This document shows, piece by piece, positions 58,036 through 64,000 of a stretch of 64,000 nucleotides of DNA. Numbering within the stretch: position 1 is the first letter of the stretch; each line of letters opens with the position of its first letter. Made by a program: the position numbers and the translations under genes. The notes under the pieces were generated by a model. It saw nothing but the letters and a program-made list of their open reading frames with translations, had not been told where the DNA came from and did no database searches. The stretch lies in the NCBI GenBank assembly GCA_964016885.1, contig OZ024745.1, positions 38,254,001 to 38,318,000 on the forward strand. Reading direction: 5' to 3'. This stretch comes from Eledone cirrhosa. Lineage: Eukaryota.

Positions 58036-58689
58036 TAAGTTAACCTTAATAATAATAATAATTTATTTTATTGGCCACAAAAACACAACACTGGTGAGAA
58101 ACTGGCACTCCAAGTGTAACAATGGTGAGTGTTACATTTGAGATAATAAATGGAACAGCCTGCTGTTGTAATTAACTTGCAAATTGCTGGGCATTTTACA
58201 GACGCGCATGCCCATATTGTATTTCTCGCGGAGACCTTCTGTAACACAGAATGAAGCAATGGTGGACTTTCAAATAACAGGTAATAATAACATTTGCCAT
58301 CGGAATTGGCTGGAGCAGCGTGAAATAAAATGTATTGCTAAAGTGTTGCACAGTGAAGAGCCAAATATGTCAACTACTAAGTCACGTGCCGTCGCATATT
58401 AGGAGATAATACAAAGAAATAGCAACAAGGAAAGAGTACATCACCAGAGTAAAACAAGGGTATAAGAATATGGATTTCTATAAATAACTATGGAACACAA
58501 TAACTTATTTAATCTAGACCAGCTCTCTATCAGGCGGGGGAAGTGGGGATGCTGAACTTTAGTATGATTTCAGAGTGAACACCACACAAAATCATGATTA
58601 CTTAGTCACAGATTTTAAACATACCTCTCCAAATTGCTTTCCACCTGATTAGAAATGCATATTAAGACTAGGCCCTTCAGCCCCGCCAA

Positions 58690-58790
58690 TCTTGCAAATC
58701 ACACCCAGCGTCCATAAACAAATAGAAAGTAGAACCTACCTCTCTTCTTTCACCTTACTCATCAAGTGGAACTTGAGGAAACTGAAAATT
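58690..58790 (-). mobile_element. L1/Tx1 3' fragment
   Basis: ctcatcaagtggaa shared with 15900-15915, with flanking similarity. Confidence 0.45.
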
Positions 58791-59569
58791 ATTTTTTCAT
58801 CATCATATCCTTTGCACCCTATTTTTCATCCCCCTCCTCATAACCATCATATTCATTTGTTATTTTACATAATTTATTTTTACGATCATCATCGAAATCA
58901 TCATCAACATCAACTCCCATCATCTACTCCAGCAGTTCTTTCTCCTCATCATTAAAATTTCGTCGTCATCAAAACATATTCTGAAGATTCTAAACATATT
59001 CTGAAAATTCTCCAGCCACATATTCATCTGCATCCCCATACTTCAATCTTGATTACCTATTCCTTCTATTATCTCCATCTCAAACACATTCGCTGCTTTG
59101 CTCCATCTCCTTCCATACAACCTCTCACCTCTGCCTACATTCGGCTACGATTTCCCAATTAACAATCCACCGTACGTTGCTGATATTCGATGTAACAGTC
59201 ACGAAGTGAAATCATTCTCACTGTTCTGACCATATATAATTAAAGCGGGTCTTACACAGATATTGCCGTTTTCCAATGTTTTCCTCCTTTTTACAATAAA
59301 ATCGTCTTATCTATTTCATTCCTTTTCTTATAACTCTATTTCACTTTTATTAACGACGTTTTACATCTTTTTATTGTGTTATCCGCTCATACACAAGGAT
59401 ATGCAATACACACACGCACACTTAAATATATTCACGCATATACACTCACACTCACACACACACACACACACATACACACATATATATATATATGTATATT
59501 TATATATATATATCTTTCTCTCTCTATCTATCTATCTCTCTTTCTCTCACTATATATATATATATAATG

Positions 59570-59665
59570 CATCTGTATAAAATATTTATATAAAATCCTT
59601 CTCTTAATGCTTCTCTGTGTTTTCTCTTTTATATATATATATGTATATGTTTATATATATATATT

Positions 59666-59730
<65 letters not shown>

Positions 59731-59777
59731 TTGTGTATATATATATATTTATATATATTTGTATATATATATATTTG

Positions 59778-59809
<32 letters not shown>

Positions 59810-59879
59810 CATATATATATATACATGTATATATATATATATATATATATTCACATATATATGTATATATATATACACA

Positions 59880-59935
<56 letters not shown>

Positions 59936-60034
59936 GACAGTAAACGCAAGTAATACTAGTTTGGTATTTTAATTTTTTCAGAATCCGACTATGTATATTT
60001 CATGCGTATATATATATATATATATATATGTGTG

Positions 60035-60080
<46 letters not shown>

Positions 60081-60123
60081 CATACACACACACGCGTATA
60101 TATATTTATATATATACAAACAG

Positions 60124-60172
<49 letters not shown>

Positions 60173-60233
60173 TATATATATATATATATAGATATATACG
60201 TATATATGCATATGTCTATATATATATATATAC

Positions 60234-60291
<58 letters not shown>

Positions 60292-60292
60292 G

Positions 60293-60324
<32 letters not shown>

Positions 60325-60345
60325 TATATATATATATACGTATAT
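59570..60345. repeat. Compound (TA)n microsatellite field
   Basis: Direct inspection. Confidence 0.95.
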
Positions 60346-61314
60346 CATTAAACAAAAGTACTTAAAACAAGTTTATGTAAGTTAATAGAGACATCAGCTA
60401 CATATACTACAATATAAGTATGCATCTGCGTACACTAGTGTCAGTTGATTAACTACCACGAAATATACCAAGTATATATATATATGTGTGAGTGTGTATG
60501 TATGTATCTGTTTCACACACGCATTCACATTATGTGAACTATGTAGACATCGACATAGCTATCTTCACTATCCCAATGTTATATGATTTGCTATAGAAAA
60601 ACATAATAGCACAAAAACAAGAAAAAATACACGGAAATTGCTGGCAATACGTCTAAAAAGTTCTTGGTCAAACATTTTGAGTGAATTGAAGAGATATATC
60701 ACATAAAATTACCCGTTCTAGTTTCGAATATTGACTACGAAGTGTTTTTATGAGCTTTCTTAGAATTTCAAATAATGCATATTGTATGTGGTGTTGTCTG
60801 CAAGTGAAAACTGTTCTGCAAAGTCAATAATCCGCCTGGAAATCAACACTGATTATTACCAAGTTCGAAACTAAAACTGGTTTCTAAGGCAAAGAAAAGG
60901 ATGTATTCCTTTCATGAATCATTGCGTTAGTAAATGTAATTTCTATTGGTTCTTTTTTTTTCTGTGTGTGTGTAATGATAGCGCTGGTGTGAGTTAGTGG
61001 TGCTAGAGAGTATGTGTGAAGAGGAAAGTGTTTATATAATTTTCGCCTTCTTCTAACCATTTTCTTTTTCCCTCTTCCTCTACTATCATCTTCTTCATTT
61101 TTCTCCGTTTTCGCCTTTCTCTTCTTTCTCTAAAATATTTCAGCCGCCAGTAAGGGTGTGGTGCAGTTTATTGGAGGATTTTAAGCCAGTTATCATAGTT
61201 ATCCTATTTGGTATCTATTTACTGCGTTTCTTTCTCTCTCACTCTCTCTCTCTCACTCTCTCTCTCTCATTTACTACCTCCCTCTCTCTCTCTCTCCCTC
61301 TCTCTCTCTCTCCC

Positions 61315-61406
<92 letters not shown>

Positions 61407-62204
61407 TATACCAGCACACATATATGTGACTATGTATGTGTGTGCGTACGTGTGTGTGCGTGTGTGTTTATATACTCACATATACGTGTGTATACTCACA
61501 TATATGCGTGTGTATACATACTGACCATTCGGTATGCAGATTAGACGCTTCCTAAAGAAATGTCATTTATTATGAACCTATCTGCTACTTTAGATTAGTC
61601 TATTGTGTAAATACGACATAGGCATGGTTTTGTGTATATGCTGGGGAACAATGTAGGGAACACTGTATCATGTATATTTTAAAGATAAATCGCTTCCGAG
61701 ATACAGAGAGTAGTATAGATTCGACTGTAAAAGTTATATTTGACAAACAAATATCTGCAGGAGCTAATATGATTAAACACATTAGTGAAAACGCATTTAT
61801 TTGGATATCACTGCGAAGGGCGTTAAGCAATATATTGTGTCACTCCCATCAGAGAGAATTGATAGTAGAGCCGAGAAAAGATTTTAAGGTGAACATAAAA
61901 TATAGTACATATGTGTATGTGCGAGAGAGAGAGAGGGAGTGTGTGTATATGTTTGGGTTCAGGTATTGGCCTTAATATCTGATGTAGCCGTGCGGGGAGA
62001 GAGTTAGGCTTACAATAACAAAGTCGGGAGTTCGATTCCTGCACTGGATTGTATCTTGTTCAGTGGGGAATTCGCTACGCCCAATAACTTTACCACGGCA
62101 TCGGCCTGATGAGCCATCAGTCTCGAGACAGACTTGAGACTCTACACATACATACACAAACACAGACACGCACAAAACCACACACGCGTAAATATATATT
62201 TATT

Positions 62205-62241
<37 letters not shown>

Positions 62242-62640
62242 TTCACAAAACTTATGTTCATCGATTTCAGGGACATGACTCCTTCTTCCTCCCGTTTGAC
62301 CTGAGCAAAATTCTTTCCTCACTTACATTTCGACCAGGTCGGATGGTCTTTATTCTATCTCGTCTACGATTTCACAGAACTTCTGTTCATCGATTTCAGG
62401 GACTTGACTCCTTCTTCCTCACTTTTCGTTGCATTACCATCTTTGTTTGTTTACCGTCTCGCTCGTTCCCCCTATTTACGTGTCCCAACGACTTTCTTTA
62501 GCCGTTGCTCGCACCAACGAGAGGTATATGGTCTTTAAAGCGATGAAATACCAATGAAGGCTGGAATATCACTGATAAAGGACTAAATTTATTCATATAT
62601 ATATATATATATAAATAAATAAATAAATATATATATATAT

Positions 62641-64000
62641 CAAACCGGCGGACAAGGGAGGCGCCGTAGTGGTATGGCGCGCGGACCTCTACATGGCCTA
62701 AGCCCTCAGGCAGCTCCGTAACCCCCTCTTTTACCGCCCTCTACCCCCCGATCCCACCCCCGTCTACCAACAACAAGTCTCCTCCACCATCAAAGACCTT
62801 ATCGCCTCCTCCCTCCTCCCCCCCCCCCCCCCACCGCTTCCCACCTCATCGTCCGCACCCCCCGACACCACACCATCTACTTCCTCCCCAAACTCCACAA
62901 ACCCGACAACCCCGGCCGCCCCATCGTCTCCGCTTGCAACTGCCCCACCGAACTCATCTCCGCCTTTCTCGACTCCCTCCTCGGCCCCCTTGTCACCACC
63001 CTCCCCTCCCTAATCTCCGACACCAACCACGCCCTGCGCCTTTTCAACTCCTTCACCTACCTACCCGGCCCACAGGCCTTCCTCTTCACCCTAGACATCA
63101 AGTCCCTCTATACAGTCATCCCCCACGCCGACGGCCTTCGCGCCCTCAAACACTACCTCGACCTTCGCCCCTCCCCCATTCCCTCCACCCCACCCTCCTT
63201 CGCCTGGCCGAGCTGGTCCTCACCCTAAATTGTTTCTCCTTCTCGGGTGAGTTTTAACAACAGGTCACGGGGGTAGCCATGGGCACAAGAATGGGCCCGA
63301 ACTATGCCAACCTTTTTGTTGGCCATGTTGAGGCCCAAATATTTGCCCAGTACACCGGCCCCACACCCGAACTGTACGGTCGTTACATTGATAACTGTAT
63401 CGGAGCCACGACCCTCACCCGAGAACAGCTCGACTCCTTTCTCTCCTTCTTCTGCTCCTTCCACCCCTCCCTCCACTTCACCACCTCTATCTCCACCATC
63501 CACGTCCACTTCTTAGACATCTCCGTCGCCTTCGACCCCTCCCACCACTCCCTCGTCACCTCCGCCTTCTTCAAACCCACCGACTCCCACTCTTACCTCG
63601 ACTTCACCTCTTCCCACCCCACCCACACAAAACACTCCATTCCCTACTCCCAACTTCTCAGGATCCGCCGCCTCTGTAGCCGTGATGCTGACTTCGAGTC
63701 CCAGGCCCTTTCCCTAGTCAGCCATTTCATCCGCAGAGGTTACCCCCCCTCTCTCGTCTACACCGCTCTCACCCGCGCCCGTGCTGTCCCTCGCTCCACC
63801 ACCCTCACCCCACGCCACCACACACCCACCCACCGTCTCCCCTTCCCCATCACCTACCACCCCTCCACCTTACCCCTCCACCTTACCCCTCCACCGCACC
63901 ATCCGCCTTCTCTTCCGACGCCTCCAGTCCGACCCCTCCACCTCCCACATCTTCCCCCCCTTCAAACGCGCACGCAATCTCTGCACCCTCCTCGTCCACA
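62641..64000 (+). mobile_element. 5'-truncated C-rich Penelope-like element RT (inactive), continuing beyond the window
   Basis: KPADKGGAVVVW, YFLPKLHKPDNPGRPIVS, TLDIKSLYT, GVAMGTRMGPNYANLF, RYIDN (catalytic Asp replaced by Asn), FLDI, FKPTDSHSYL..SSHP, RRGYP; has stops and frameshifts; begins directly after (TA)n. Confidence 0.92.

Noticed and set aside
61980-62050. tRNA-like A/B boxes
   Set aside because: No cloverleaf; more likely a decayed SINE head than a tRNA gene.

Overview
AT-rich, repeat-saturated animal genomic DNA with very dense (TA)n, (CA)n, (GA)n and (TTA)n microsatellites. The repeat content suggests a cephalopod such as Octopus (inference only). No intact host gene is evident, and most ORF-track entries are microsatellite or antisense artefacts. 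Recognisable elements: R4/Dong-type RLE retrotransposons (one near full-length) inserted in (TAA)n next to tRNA-derived SINEs; two Penelope-like elements (PLEs), one with a ~1.1 kb inverted pseudo-LTR; a decayed L1/Tx1 LINE; a dead DD37D (maT) mariner; and MITE/EnSpm-like elements. Main finding: about eight unrelated short sequence families sit between (TA)n tracts, and each carries a type I hammerhead ribozyme fold or remnant. One multicopy family has the compensatory U3-A8 core (UUGAAAA) and is the 3' end of the Penelope element at 9.2-12.7 kb. Several copies are truncated or folded back exactly at the ribozyme. Second finding: a compositionally distinct island (38-41.6 kb) holding a short-intron SGNH-hydrolase-like gene, a convergent BACK-like exon and a TIR element with unknown cargo. 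All folds, alignments and domain calls were made by eye.
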